Shown here piece by piece: positions 36,942 through 46,882 of a DNA stretch of 64,000 nt. Position numbers and translations under genes: made by a program. The DNA comes from Erysipelotrichaceae bacterium. Its GTDB lineage: Bacteria; Bacillota_I; Bacilli_A; Erysipelotrichales; Erysipelotrichaceae. Position 1 is the stretch's first letter, and each line of letters begins with the position of its first letter. The stretch spans positions 1,932 through 65,931 of the forward strand of contig WSYG01000004.1 in assembly GCA_009773735.1 (NCBI GenBank). The letters run 5' to 3'. The notes beneath the pieces were generated by a model. That model saw nothing but the letters and a program-made list of their open reading frames with translations. It did not search any database and was not told the DNA's origin.

Positions 36942-39456
36942 GTTTTTTATCCTTCAGGGCTTCTTTGAAGTCATTGAGATAACGCAAAGCTTCGATTGGG
37001 GTCGTTTCATTGATGTCTAGGGTATTGAGTTGGTCGATGATCTCTTGGACTTCTTTTGGGGTCCTTACGATCTCTACGATATCTAGCGTTTGTTGAACGA
37101 TGCGTCGTTTAGATTCCAGTTCTTTGAGTAATACACTGGCTCGATCTAAAACAGATTCAGGAAGATGAGCTAAACGAGCCACATTGACCCCATATGATTT
37201 ATCTGCTTTTCCATGTTTTACACGATATAAGAAATGGACTTCATGTTTGTCTTCGATGACTTCAACATGCATGTTGATGAGTTTAGGCAAAGGACCTTCT
37301 AAATTGGTCAATTCATGATAATGGGTTGAAAATATGGCTTTACACTGAATAACAGTCGCAATATACTCCACCATCGCTTGAGCCAAAGCCATCCCATCAT
37401 AGGTTGAAGTGCCTCTTCCAATCTCATCAAACAAGATTAAGGCATTGAGACTGGCTTTTTGTAGGGCATTATTGGCTTCAATCATTTCTACCATAAATGT
37501 TGATTGACCTTCTAGGATGTCATCACTGGCTCCCATACGGGTATAAATCGCATCGATCAGTGATAAATCTGCCTTTTTGGCTGGAATATACATGCCCATT
37601 TGAGCCATGATGACCAATAAAGCCACTTGACGCATATAAGTGCTTTTACCCCCCATATTTGGGCCAGTAAGCAAATGAATGGGATGATTCTGGGTAAAAT
37701 GGGTCGAATTGGGGACATATTTGGTTCGTGTTTCTAGTATTGGATGACGTCCTTCGGTGATGTTCAACTCAAAACCATCATGAAATTCAGGTTTGATGTA
37801 GTTGCCTTGATGACTGACGGTTGCCAAAGACTGGAAAACATCAAGTTCAGATAATGCTTTAGATAGAACTTGTAATGATTCAAGTTTTTTACTTAGAATC
37901 TCAACCAATTCCGTAAATAAGCGTTGTTGAAGTCGAAGTGCCTTATCGTTAGCCCCTAAGATATCTTCTTCTTTCTGTTTCAAGATGGGATTGATATACC
38001 GTTCCCCTGTACTTAACGTTTGTTTGCGATGATAATCAAATTCAGGTCGCACAAGATTGACATTGCCTTTAGATATTTCGATATAGTAACCGAACACTCG
38101 ATTATAACCTACTTTTAGATTTTTGATTTGAGTTCTTTCTTTCTCAGAATTCTCAAAATCAATCAACCAGAGGGCACTGTTTTCTTGAAGTTCACGCAAA
38201 GCATCCAGTTCCGAATTATAACCTTTCTTAAAGACGTGGCCGTCTTTTAAGATGGACGGGGATGTTTCATCTATGGCTTTGTTTAAAAGGTCTCTAAGCT
38301 CATCCAGTGGATCAATTGAGACATAGGTTTCAAAGATCATGGAATCACAAGAAGCCATGATGGGATGAACTTGATTTAATGTTTTGGCTAAACGTAAAAG
38401 ATCTTGAGGACCTGCAGAACCATAAGCAATCTTACCGATGATGCGTTCGATATCATACGTTTGTTTTAAGGCAACCCTAAGTTCTTCTCGCTTTAAAAAG
38501 CTTTTCACAAAATAACCGATTTGGTTTTGACGTGTTTGTATTTGAATTTTATCGATTAAAGGACGTATGATCCATTTTTTAAGTTGACGTGACCCAGCAG
38601 CACTTTGACATTCATCTAAAAATCCAAACAAACTCTCTTTTTTTGTCTTGGCACGTAAGCTTTCAACCAATTCTAGGTTAAGAATGGTTGCCATATCCAT
38701 ATTTAGACATTGGTCTTGATCTTCATCGATGATGGGTTGAAGATGTCTTAAGCTTCTTTTCTGTGTTAAAAGTAAGTAATTTAATAGACGTCCAAAGGTT
38801 TCCAAGCTTATTGGATCACTGATGGATCGGTTAAGTAATGCATAACTCTTATCAATTTCACTCGCATCACAGATCGAGATGGTTTGTCTAGCTTCACGCA
38901 ATATTTTTAAACATGTTTGAGATGTTTTTGAAGAGACGACAACTTCTTTGACTTGATGTTTATACAAGATTTCTTTTAATCGGGTTTCATCTTTTAAACA
39001 AGTGATGGCTTTTAGTTCACCGGATGCGAGTTCAGCGCTGACCACAAAGTATTTTGAGGCAAATTCTGTGACCGAAGCGATCGAAACGACCGCTTTGTCA
39101 TCATCGATCTCATCCATGACGGTACCAGGAGTCACCACTTTGACCACATCGCGTTTAACTAAGCCTTGGGCAGTAGAAGGATCTTCCATCTGTTCAACGA
39201 TCGCTACTTTATGGCCATTATTGACCAGTCTTTGGATGTAAGAACTGACTGCATGATAAGGCACCCCACACATTGGTGCTCTGCCCAATTCACCTGCAGC
39301 TCTGCCTGTTAATACTAAATCCAGTTCATAAGATGCTATTTTAGCATCATCAAAAAAGAGTTCATAAAAATCTCCGAGGCGAAACATAACCAAAGCATCT
39401 TGGTATTCTTTTTTGACATCCATGTATTGTTTAAGCATTGGCGTAAGCTTTTCCAT
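36928..39456 (-). CDS. mutS: DNA mismatch repair protein MutS
   Basis: N-terminal TPMLKQY...FYELF, Walker A GPNMGGKST, DEIGRGTSTYDG, STHYHEL. Confidence 0.95.
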   Translation of the reverse strand: MEKLTPMLKQYMDVKKEYQDALVMFRLGDFYELFFDDAKIASYELDLVLTGRAAGELGRAPMCGVPYHAVSSYIQRLVNNGHKVAIVEQMEDPSTAQGLVKRDVVKVVTPGTVMDEIDDDKAVVSIASVTEFASKYFVVSAELASGELKAITCLKDETRLKEILYKHQVKEVVVSSKTSQTCLKILREARQTISICDASEIDKSYALLNRSISDPISLETFGRLLNYLLLTQKRSLRHLQPIIDEDQDQCLNMDMATILNLELVESLRAKTKKESLFGFLDECQSAAGSRQLKKWIIRPLIDKIQIQTRQNQIGYFVKSFLKREELRVALKQTYDIERIIGKIAYGSAGPQDLLRLAKTLNQVHPIMASCDSMIFETYVSIDPLDELRDLLNKAIDETSPSILKDGHVFKKGYNSELDALRELQENSALWLIDFENSEKERTQIKNLKVGYNRVFGYYIEISKGNVNLVRPEFDYHRKQTLSTGERYINPILKQKEEDILGANDKALRLQQRLFTELVEILSKKLESLQVLSKALSELDVFQSLATVSHQGNYIKPEFHDGFELNITEGRHPILETRTKYVPNSTHFTQNHPIHLLTGPNMGGKSTYMRQVALLVIMAQMGMYIPAKKADLSLIDAIYTRMGASDDILEGQSTFMVEMIEANNALQKASLNALILFDEIGRGTSTYDGMALAQAMVEYIATVIQCKAIFSTHYHELTNLEGPLPKLINMHVEVIEDKHEVHFLYRVKHGKADKSYGVNVARLAHLPESVLDRASVLLKELESKRRIVQQTLDIVEIVRTPKEVQEIIDQLNTLDINETTPIEALRYLNDFKEALKDKKHGKN

Positions 39457-39490
39457 AAGTTCCCTCTTCTAACTTAACAAAACAAAGTGC

Positions 39491-41041
39491 TCAGGCACTT
39501 TGTTGATAGGACAATTCTTTGAGTCTGTGCTGGATTTCCATCCATAAGATGTGACTACAGGCCCCATAGGTCAACGAATACCCTGCTTTTGATTCAACGA
39601 TACGCGTGATGTAATGATGATTGATCTTTAAGAAATCGACCACTTCTCGATCGTAAACTTGTATCGTAAGGTTAAAAAGACTTGAATTGAATAACTTTAT
39701 GTTTTCTAAACCACCTAAACAAGCCAACAATTCTTCAATCATGCTATCCTTTTCATTGACGGTAACAAAATTAACAGCGAGTCTGCGATAATAATGAGTG
39801 CTCATCGCCAAATAAGCCAAGAATGTCACAATACCTACCAGCAGTAAAACCAAAAGTGATTTCTGTAAAGCAGGGTTACGAACATAGATCATCAAATCAA
39901 ACAAACTGCCAGGGGTTGCCCCTATGACACTTCCTGTATAGGCATATCCGATCTGTACTTTAAGTGACGTAAATAAACCAAACAGGATACCCGTTATCCC
40001 CAAATGGAAGACATACAACAAAGGTGCAGAGAATAACAAGAACAATTCGATCGGCAACAAGGTTCCAAATAAGATCGACGCTAACGCAACAACGACAATA
40101 AAGGCGCGCATTTTAACTTTTTCAATCTTATCGGTATACGCTTGATAAATGGTGATCAAATAAGCCGGCATCGCAAAGATGTTTAAAATATAGTAAGGCG
40201 TAATCAATCTTCCACTACCTAAACTAAATAAACTGCTCTTGATTTGACCTGTCCACATTCCGACATCGCCTAAATGGTAAACACCAAAGGCATCTGACCA
40301 AGAACCACCCAATTCTCCAAACCAAAACAGCTTTCGGACCCACAAATTGAGCCCTAAAACATCACTGATTCGATCTACGATTCCATATACGAATAAATTA
40401 ATGGGGTTATTGAGGTCCCTTGCGACAAAATTGAAAATCGTCATAACAGCTTGAACCACAAAGGGCCATGTAAAGGCAATCAGTATCCCGCCTATGGCCG
40501 AAAAAGCCACACTCCAAAAAATCAATGCGGTTTGTTTGTCAACAAAATTCCACACACTATAGGCAGATCTACCACTAATCATTTTGTTGGCCATTCGGGT
40601 CGTAAAAAATACGATGAGCGAACCTGCTACTCCTGTATAAATTGGGTTAACTGCCAATAATGTATTGTTTCCAAGCGCTGTTGAATCTAAAATAAGACCC
40701 ATTGTAGAGCGAAATACCGTTGAGTTCAACTCTGTAGAATTGATAAACATCGTAAGAATGTGTAAAGTAAAATAACCTACCAAGGCTGCTACCGAAATCA
40801 TAGGGTCATCTTCTCTTCGATTTACAATTCTCATTAAGAAAATCAATGGGAAAGCACCAATGATGGAAGATGCGATATATTTGAGGACCCGAGCACCAGA
40901 ACTAATGGCCTCAAGTGATCCAACCAAGGTTATGAAATTTGGGTTAAGAATCAAGGTGCTTAAGCCAAGCATAATTGTGGCTATAAAAAGAACCTTTATG
41001 GGAAAACTGGTGATCTCAATGTAACTGCGCCATCTTCTCAT
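39491..41041 (-). CDS. PTS glucose-family EIIC-EIIB-like membrane protein lacking catalytic residues
   Basis: GTLLPIELFLLFSAPLLYVFHLGITGILFGL aligns with the PtsG block [27 protein letters not shown], but TE is replaced by LL. The C-terminal LLACLGGLENIKLFNSSLFNLTIQV aligns with the EIIB block [21 protein letters not shown], with Cys replaced by Ser and the TRLR arginines lost. A strong AGGAGG RBS is present. Confidence 0.6.
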   Translation of the reverse strand: MRRWRSYIEITSFPIKVLFIATIMLGLSTLILNPNFITLVGSLEAISSGARVLKYIASSIIGAFPLIFLMRIVNRREDDPMISVAALVGYFTLHILTMFINSTELNSTVFRSTMGLILDSTALGNNTLLAVNPIYTGVAGSLIVFFTTRMANKMISGRSAYSVWNFVDKQTALIFWSVAFSAIGGILIAFTWPFVVQAVMTIFNFVARDLNNPINLFVYGIVDRISDVLGLNLWVRKLFWFGELGGSWSDAFGVYHLGDVGMWTGQIKSSLFSLGSGRLITPYYILNIFAMPAYLITIYQAYTDKIEKVKMRAFIVVVALASILFGTLLPIELFLLFSAPLLYVFHLGITGILFGLFTSLKVQIGYAYTGSVIGATPGSLFDLMIYVRNPALQKSLLVLLLVGIVTFLAYLAMSTHYYRRLAVNFVTVNEKDSMIEELLACLGGLENIKLFNSSLFNLTIQVYDREVVDFLKINHHYITRIVESKAGYSLTYGACSHILWMEIQHRLKELSYQQSA

Positions 41042-41099
41042 AGGAATACCTCCTTTCTATGATAACATTATAGTGTCAACTGTTCAACGAAAGACAAAC

Positions 41100-42293
41100 A
41101 TGCCCAAAAAACTACAGCGACCCAGTAAAATAGCTTTCCATCCTGACTATATCCTAATAATCTTACTAAGTACTTTAAGTGTGCTTAGTCTTTTAGCCAT
41201 ATATGGTTCTTTGCCTTTGCTATCAACAGGGCGTAGTGGTTTCGACTTGATCATCAAACAGATTCTTTGGATCATCATTGCGATAATTATGCTGGTAGGA
41301 TTGATCATTTTAGGTGTAGATCGCTTATTTACATCGATTAAGATCATATATTGGGTATTGTTTGGGTTGTTGGTCCTTTTATTGGTTGATAAATATATGA
41401 TCGATTTACCCTTGATTTCACCAGTCAATGGAACAACTGCCTGGATTACTTTACCTGGTTTAGGGACCATACAGCCCAGTGAATTCATGAAGATTGCTTT
41501 GCTTATTTTATGTGCCAACATCATTCATGAACATAATCAAAGCAAAGTTACTGCTACTTTTACCGATGACATCAAACTTTTTGCTAAAATTGCTCTCTAT
41601 GTCGTTCCTGCTTTGATTTTGATCGTTGCTCAACCTGATACTGGAATTCCCATCATCATTGCGCTTGGTATTTTAGTCATGTTGGCAGTCAGTGGGATAC
41701 GTAAAGAGTGGATTTTTTATAGCGGTTTGTTTTTAATCATGAGTGTCAGTTTATTTCTATTCCTGTTCTTTAATTTTGAAGCAGTTTTGATCAATATCGT
41801 TGGGGCTTCTTATCGGCTCAATCGTTTATATGGTTGGTTACATACTGAACAATATATTTCATCTTATGGACTTCAGCTTTATCAATCGTTATTGGCTGTT
41901 GGATCATCCGGACTTTTCGGTCATGGGTTACAATCCGTCGTCATCAATATGATCGAACCTCAAAATGACTTCATTTTTGCGGTATTTGCTCAAGATTTTG
42001 GCTTTATTGGGGCTAGTTTCCTGATTCTTATACAATTGCTATTGGATCTTAAAATCATTTCGATTGCCATGAAATTTAAAGGCCGACGTGAAAAATATCT
42101 GATTGCTGGTGTCATTGGAATGCTGTTGTTTCAACAATTTCAAAACATGGGAATGATTATTGGGCTCATGCCTATTACAGGTATTACCTTGCCTTTCATT
42201 TCTGCTGGAGGCTCTTCACTATTATCTTATGTACCTGCTTTGGCCGTCTTGTTTGTGATGAGTTCAAACGTTATAAGAAAAAGAACCTTTTAA
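41100..42293 (+). CDS. SEDS family peptidoglycan polymerase (FtsW/RodA/SpoVE)
   Basis: Blocks IQPSEFMKIALLIL, QPDTGIPIII, NDFIFAVFAQDFGFIG and PITGITLPFISAGGSS. The track start at 41073 is a GTG; the first ATG is at 41100, and the start is uncertain. Confidence 0.85.
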   Translation: MPKKLQRPSKIAFHPDYILIILLSTLSVLSLLAIYGSLPLLSTGRSGFDLIIKQILWIIIAIIMLVGLIILGVDRLFTSIKIIYWVLFGLLVLLLVDKYMIDLPLISPVNGTTAWITLPGLGTIQPSEFMKIALLILCANIIHEHNQSKVTATFTDDIKLFAKIALYVVPALILIVAQPDTGIPIIIALGILVMLAVSGIRKEWIFYSGLFLIMSVSLFLFLFFNFEAVLINIVGASYRLNRLYGWLHTEQYISSYGLQLYQSLLAVGSSGLFGHGLQSVVINMIEPQNDFIFAVFAQDFGFIGASFLILIQLLLDLKIISIAMKFKGRREKYLIAGVIGMLLFQQFQNMGMIIGLMPITGITLPFISAGGSSLLSYVPALAVLFVMSSNVIRKRTF

Positions 42294-43072
42294 AACAGGC
42301 TCTTTAAGCGATCTATGTAGGATTTTTTGTCTCGGATCATCAGTTTTGCTTTTCTTTGGGAATAAGAAACAGTTAACCGAGTTTTTTGATTTAAAGGTAA
42401 GGATAAATAGTCGTAACATAATATAGCTTGATTGAAGTTATCACTTTCTAAGGTGATGATGCTTTTTTCGCTTAGGATCAAAGGCGATCCTAGCGATCTA
42501 TAGGCATGATGATGAATTCCGGTAATCTCTGTCAGCTGCATCGCATTGATGCCTTCATGGATGATGGCACCGCCCAATGAACGATTATATGCGGTAGAAC
42601 CTACTTGAGTGGATACACATAGACCATTTCCTCTGAATGTCTCTAAGCGTTGTCCATTGATGGATACATCCAACAATTGAGTCCTTATGACATTTTCGAT
42701 TCGCATCTCATTGACCGCATAGACGGTTCGACATGTGCCCTCAGTTTCTACACAGACTTCAAGTAAAGGCAATTCGACTAAATTTACAGATGCTTTTTCG
42801 ATATCTTCAATTAGTTCTTCGCATTCGTCACTGGCATAATTGGTTAAGAAACCAAGTGTTCCAGTATGAATCCCAACAAAGAAACAGTTTTGTAGGTGAT
42901 CTTGATGAGTATGGATCGCTCTTAAAAAAGTCCCGTCTCCTCCTACAGAAATGACAACTTCCGGGTTTTCATCGCTGGTCTCCCAACCTTTATTAATAAG
43001 CGAATTTTTAATGTTTTCAACCAACGTTTGGGTTGTTGGATCATCTTTACAGATCAAGGTAAATTTACGCAT
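42290..43072 (-). CDS. ppnK: NAD kinase
   Basis: SVGGDGTFLRA (GGDG motif), NEMRIE, STQVGSTAYNRSLGG. Confidence 0.9.
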   Translation of the reverse strand: MRKFTLICKDDPTTQTLVENIKNSLINKGWETSDENPEVVISVGGDGTFLRAIHTHQDHLQNCFFVGIHTGTLGFLTNYASDECEELIEDIEKASVNLVELPLLEVCVETEGTCRTVYAVNEMRIENVIRTQLLDVSINGQRLETFRGNGLCVSTQVGSTAYNRSLGGAIIHEGINAMQLTEITGIHHHAYRSLGSPLILSEKSIITLESDNFNQAILCYDYLSLPLNQKTRLTVSYSQRKAKLMIRDKKSYIDRLKSLF

Positions 43073-43127
43073 TGTGGCTTCCTTTTAGGCTCTTTCTTAT
43101 TGTATCATAGGAGCATAAGGAAGTCAT

Positions 43128-43682
43128 ATGAAGCAAAACCTCGAAATTGAATACAAGATTTTGATCTCTCACGATCAATACAAACAACTTTCTGAACAGT
43201 TTATCGGTGAAAAAGGTCTACAAACTAATTTTTACTATGATACTTTCGATTATAAACTGCGCCAACAACACATTTCTTGTCGAATCAGAACGATTAATGA
43301 TCAATCAGAACTGACATTTAAAACACCTGGTCCTGTGGGCAAGAATGAGTTCACTTTTGAACATATTGATCCACAATCTGTTTTCACGCAAGCTGATGTT
43401 TTAGCCTTTTTAAGTCAACTTGATGTAAATTCCGCTTTAATTCATCAAGGTACCCTACAAACAGTTCGCACCAATATTCATTTAAATCATGGGCTTTTGT
43501 GTTTGGATGAGAATACTTATAATGGGATTACAGATTATGAGCTTGAATATGAAGTTAATGAGGACGAAAAAAAAGGGTTTGCGGAATTCAATACCCTTTT
43601 AACTGAGATTGATCTTGTTTATATATCTAATTGCGATTCAAAAATCAAGCGTTGTCTGTCGACACAACCACAACTTGAGTAA
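43128..43682 (+). CDS. CYTH domain protein (YjbK-like triphosphatase fold)
   Basis: N-terminal EIEYKIL (ExExK) and DYELEYEV near the C-terminus. It is divergent from ppnK, an association conserved in Bacillus. Confidence 0.8.
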   Translation: MKQNLEIEYKILISHDQYKQLSEQFIGEKGLQTNFYYDTFDYKLRQQHISCRIRTINDQSELTFKTPGPVGKNEFTFEHIDPQSVFTQADVLAFLSQLDVNSALIHQGTLQTVRTNIHLNHGLLCLDENTYNGITDYELEYEVNEDEKKGFAEFNTLLTEIDLVYISNCDSKIKRCLSTQPQLE

Positions 43683-44613
43683 GTAGCTCAATCTGATAGG
43701 CTTTTAAGATATCTTCCCATTCTTTGGATGCTTCTAAATCGGTTAGAAGTTTAAAAGATATGCTTTTCCCATTAAAACTAGGAATATCATGAGCTTGTTT
43801 TGAAATGACTTGGAATTTACCCAGGATAAGTAGAAGTTTTTGCGTAAAATCTGTTTTATTTGAGATTAAGGCACTGGTGATCGTTAGATGATCGCCTTCA
43901 AAATAAAATAATTCTTGTTTATGATCATTCAACCAATGCATTTCTGGGTTGTTTTTTTGATGAGTCGTTAATAGACGCAACGCTTTGCGTTGATCTTCAG
44001 GTTTATGATTGTGATCAGGCAGATCATTGATCTTGGTGGTCAAAATATGGCGAATTAAATCTTCTTCAAACACACGATCAGATGGGGCGTTGTTGGAGAC
44101 GATCGAAGTCCAAGAATCTATCCCAACTTCTTTGGCTTTTTTTAAGATACTGGCTGTTGTTTGTGGGTCTTCTTTGTCTAAATACAGATAACTTTCAAGA
44201 TTTGAAGAAATATGCAGTCCTAATTCACTTAAATAAACTGGACTTTGAAAGAAAACAATGTTGGTCAGTTTAACACAACTGAATTGATGAGCCAGGTTTT
44301 TCTCTTTTGACACCTTTAGAATGGCTTCTTTAAGCGCTGCTTCAGATGGGTATCCATTAAGTAGACCATATTGATTCCACATCTGCTTAAAAGATAGTTT
44401 TATGGCTTGCGAATAGCGTCCGTATCCAATCAAGCCTTTTTCTTTCTGCGGGCCTCTTTCAGTCCCTTTAGCTAAGAAAAACAATAAATCACCGGGATGA
44501 AAGTCAGTAAAACGTTTTGAACTGGAGGGTCTCCAAAAGTTGATGGAGGCATTACCGTTCAAACGATGAAATTCGATCATTTTTTTATCGGTGATGTAGG
44601 CGATTGAAGACAT
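43645..44613 (-). CDS. hypothetical protein (322 aa) with a possible PUA/EVE-like N-domain
   Basis: Uninterrupted ORF. N-terminal INFWRPSSSKRFTDFHPGDLLFFLAKG...GLIGYGRY resembles the N-domains found on some HNH/restriction-type proteins, but no nuclease motif was seen. The 3' end overlaps the convergent CYTH gene by 38 nt. Confidence 0.45.
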   Translation of the reverse strand: MSSIAYITDKKMIEFHRLNGNASINFWRPSSSKRFTDFHPGDLLFFLAKGTERGPQKEKGLIGYGRYSQAIKLSFKQMWNQYGLLNGYPSEAALKEAILKVSKEKNLAHQFSCVKLTNIVFFQSPVYLSELGLHISSNLESYLYLDKEDPQTTASILKKAKEVGIDSWTSIVSNNAPSDRVFEEDLIRHILTTKINDLPDHNHKPEDQRKALRLLTTHQKNNPEMHWLNDHKQELFYFEGDHLTITSALISNKTDFTQKLLLILGKFQVISKQAHDIPSFNGKSISFKLLTDLEASKEWEDILKAYQIELLTQVVVVSTDNA

Positions 44614-44627
44614 GGTTCTTAGTGGAC

Positions 44628-46292
44628 TTAAAAGAGTCCGGTGATCTTTCCTTGTTGATCGATATCGATATGATATGCTGCCGGGTCTTTTGATAGTCCA
44701 GGCATGGTCATGATGGGTCCTGCGATCGCAACTGCGAATCCAGCACCGACAGATAAGCGAATTTCTCTGATTTTTAAGATAAATCCTGTTGGATCTCCCA
44801 AACGTTTTGGATCATCACTGATCGATGATTGGGTCTTGGCGATACAGACATTGAGTTCATTGAGATTTAAGCGATTAATATCATCGAGTTGTTTCAATGC
44901 GACTTCGCTGTATTCAACAGAAGATGCTCCATAGATCGTTTTTGCGATCTTGGTGATCTTTTGAGATACATGAGCTTTTGGATCAATGATCGAATGATAT
45001 TGATTGGGCAATTTAACCAATTCTAAGACTTTTTGGGCTAAAGTTTCAGCTCCTGCTGAACCATATTCCCATGATTCATTGAGCGCAAAAGGAACTGTAT
45101 TGTTTTCGCACCACTTTTGAACTGCTTCTATCTCGGCTTTCGTATCTGAAGAGAAACGATTGAGCGCGACAACAAACGGTACTCCATAGGTGGACAGGAT
45201 CTGGGTATGTTTCTTTAAGTTTGGTAAGCCTTTTTCTAAAGCATCCAAATTCTCAGTCTTTAGATTTTCATATAATTCGTTGCCGTGTAGTTTAAGTGCA
45301 CGTACAGTCGCAACCAAGACAACAGCTGATGGTTTGAATTGACCGTTAACAGATGTGATGTCCATGAATTTTTGGGCGCCTAAATCACTCCCAAAGCCTG
45401 CTTCAGTTACCACGAAATCAGCTAGTTTTAAAGCCATTCTTGTCGCGATAATCGAATTAGAACCATGGGCGATGTTCGCGAATGGTCCTCCATGAACAAA
45501 CATCGGATTCTTTTCTAAAGTTTGGACTAAATTAGGCTTAATGGCTTCTTTTAATAAGGCAACGATCGATCCAGTGATTCGTAGATCGTTAATGGTAACA
45601 GGATTACCTTCGAGATTGAACGCAACGATGATTCTTCCAATACGATGTTTAAGATCTTCAAGATCCTTTGATAGACATAAGACAGCCATAATTTCAGATG
45701 CGACGGTAATGTTGAAACCATCTTGTCTTTCAATGGCTTTAGGTTCATTCATAGATACACGAATGCTTCTTAAAGCACGATCATTCATATCCATGGCCCG
45801 TTTCCATAAAATCCGTTCAGGATCTAGGTTTAAAGGATTGCCTTGATAAAGTACATTGTCGATAATGGCACTCACCAAGTTGTTGGCTGTGGTTACCGCA
45901 TGTAAATCTCCGGTAAAATGTAAATTGATGTCTTCCATGGGGACAACTTGAGCCATTCCGCCCCCAGTCGCACCACCTTTGACCCCAAAAACAGGTCCCA
46001 AAGATGGTTCTCGCATACATCCAATGGTTTTTTTGTTAAGACGGGATAATCCATCAACCAAACCAACGGTCGTTGTTGATTTACCTTCACCTGCTTTGGT
46101 TGGTGTCATGGCTGTAACCAAGATCAAATGTCCATTGGATAAGGATTCTAATTGGTTATTGATGGATAAATTAACCTTGGCCTTATATTTTCCGTAAAGT
46201 TCAAGATACTTCGTATCGATTTTAGCTTTACTGGCAATAATCTCTATCGGCTCCATCGGAATAGACTGTGCGATTTCAATATCTGTTTTCAT
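44628..46292 (-). CDS. fhs: formate--tetrahydrofolate ligase
   Basis: TPTKAGEGKSTTTVGL P-loop and GGPFANIAHG. Confidence 0.95.
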   Translation of the reverse strand: MKTDIEIAQSIPMEPIEIIASKAKIDTKYLELYGKYKAKVNLSINNQLESLSNGHLILVTAMTPTKAGEGKSTTTVGLVDGLSRLNKKTIGCMREPSLGPVFGVKGGATGGGMAQVVPMEDINLHFTGDLHAVTTANNLVSAIIDNVLYQGNPLNLDPERILWKRAMDMNDRALRSIRVSMNEPKAIERQDGFNITVASEIMAVLCLSKDLEDLKHRIGRIIVAFNLEGNPVTINDLRITGSIVALLKEAIKPNLVQTLEKNPMFVHGGPFANIAHGSNSIIATRMALKLADFVVTEAGFGSDLGAQKFMDITSVNGQFKPSAVVLVATVRALKLHGNELYENLKTENLDALEKGLPNLKKHTQILSTYGVPFVVALNRFSSDTKAEIEAVQKWCENNTVPFALNESWEYGSAGAETLAQKVLELVKLPNQYHSIIDPKAHVSQKITKIAKTIYGASSVEYSEVALKQLDDINRLNLNELNVCIAKTQSSISDDPKRLGDPTGFILKIREIRLSVGAGFAVAIAGPIMTMPGLSKDPAAYHIDIDQQGKITGLF

Positions 46293-46882
46293 TTTAATTT
46301 CTTTCTGCCTTCCATGGCTTTAATCAAGGTCATATCATCTGCATAATCTACATGCCCACCCATCGGAATCCCATGAGCAAGACGACTTACGGTACAATTC
46401 TGCTTTTCCAGACGTTTAGCGAGATATAATGCAGTCGTTTCTCCATCCATTGTGGGATTGGTCGCAATAATGACTTCAACAACTTCGGGCGTCAATCTAG
46501 GAATCAAAGTCTCAAGGTTGATGTCTTCAGGCAAGATGCCCTTTTGAGTCGATATGACGCCTCCTAAGACATGATAGAGCCCTTTATACTCAGCCATTCT
46601 TTCAAGTGCGGCCACATCTTTGACATCTTGGACCACACAGATGAGACTTTTATCTCGTCTAGGATCGACACAGATGTCGCATTTATCATTTTGAGCCAGA
46701 TTACCGCAGATTGGACAAGGATGTAGAGTCATCTTTGCTTCTAAAATGCTCGTTGAAAAATCCTGAATTTCTTCAGAAGTGTAGTTCAATAAGGCAAAAG
46801 CGTATCTTTCTGCTGTTTTTTGACCAACACCAGGCAATTTTTTCAATTGCTCGATCGCATTTTGTAGAGCTTTAGGATACAT
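46289..46882 (-). CDS. recR: recombination protein RecR
   Basis: HhH LPGVGQKTAERYAF, zinc finger CPICGNL...CDIC, and a Toprim domain. The probable start is the ATG at 46882 (MYPKALQ), overlapping the dnaX 3' end by 11 nt. The track start is 46900. Confidence 0.9.
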   Translation of the reverse strand: MYPKALQNAIEQLKKLPGVGQKTAERYAFALLNYTSEEIQDFSTSILEAKMTLHPCPICGNLAQNDKCDICVDPRRDKSLICVVQDVKDVAALERMAEYKGLYHVLGGVISTQKGILPEDINLETLIPRLTPEVVEVIIATNPTMDGETTALYLAKRLEKQNCTVSRLAHGIPMGGHVDYADDMTLIKAMEGRKKLK

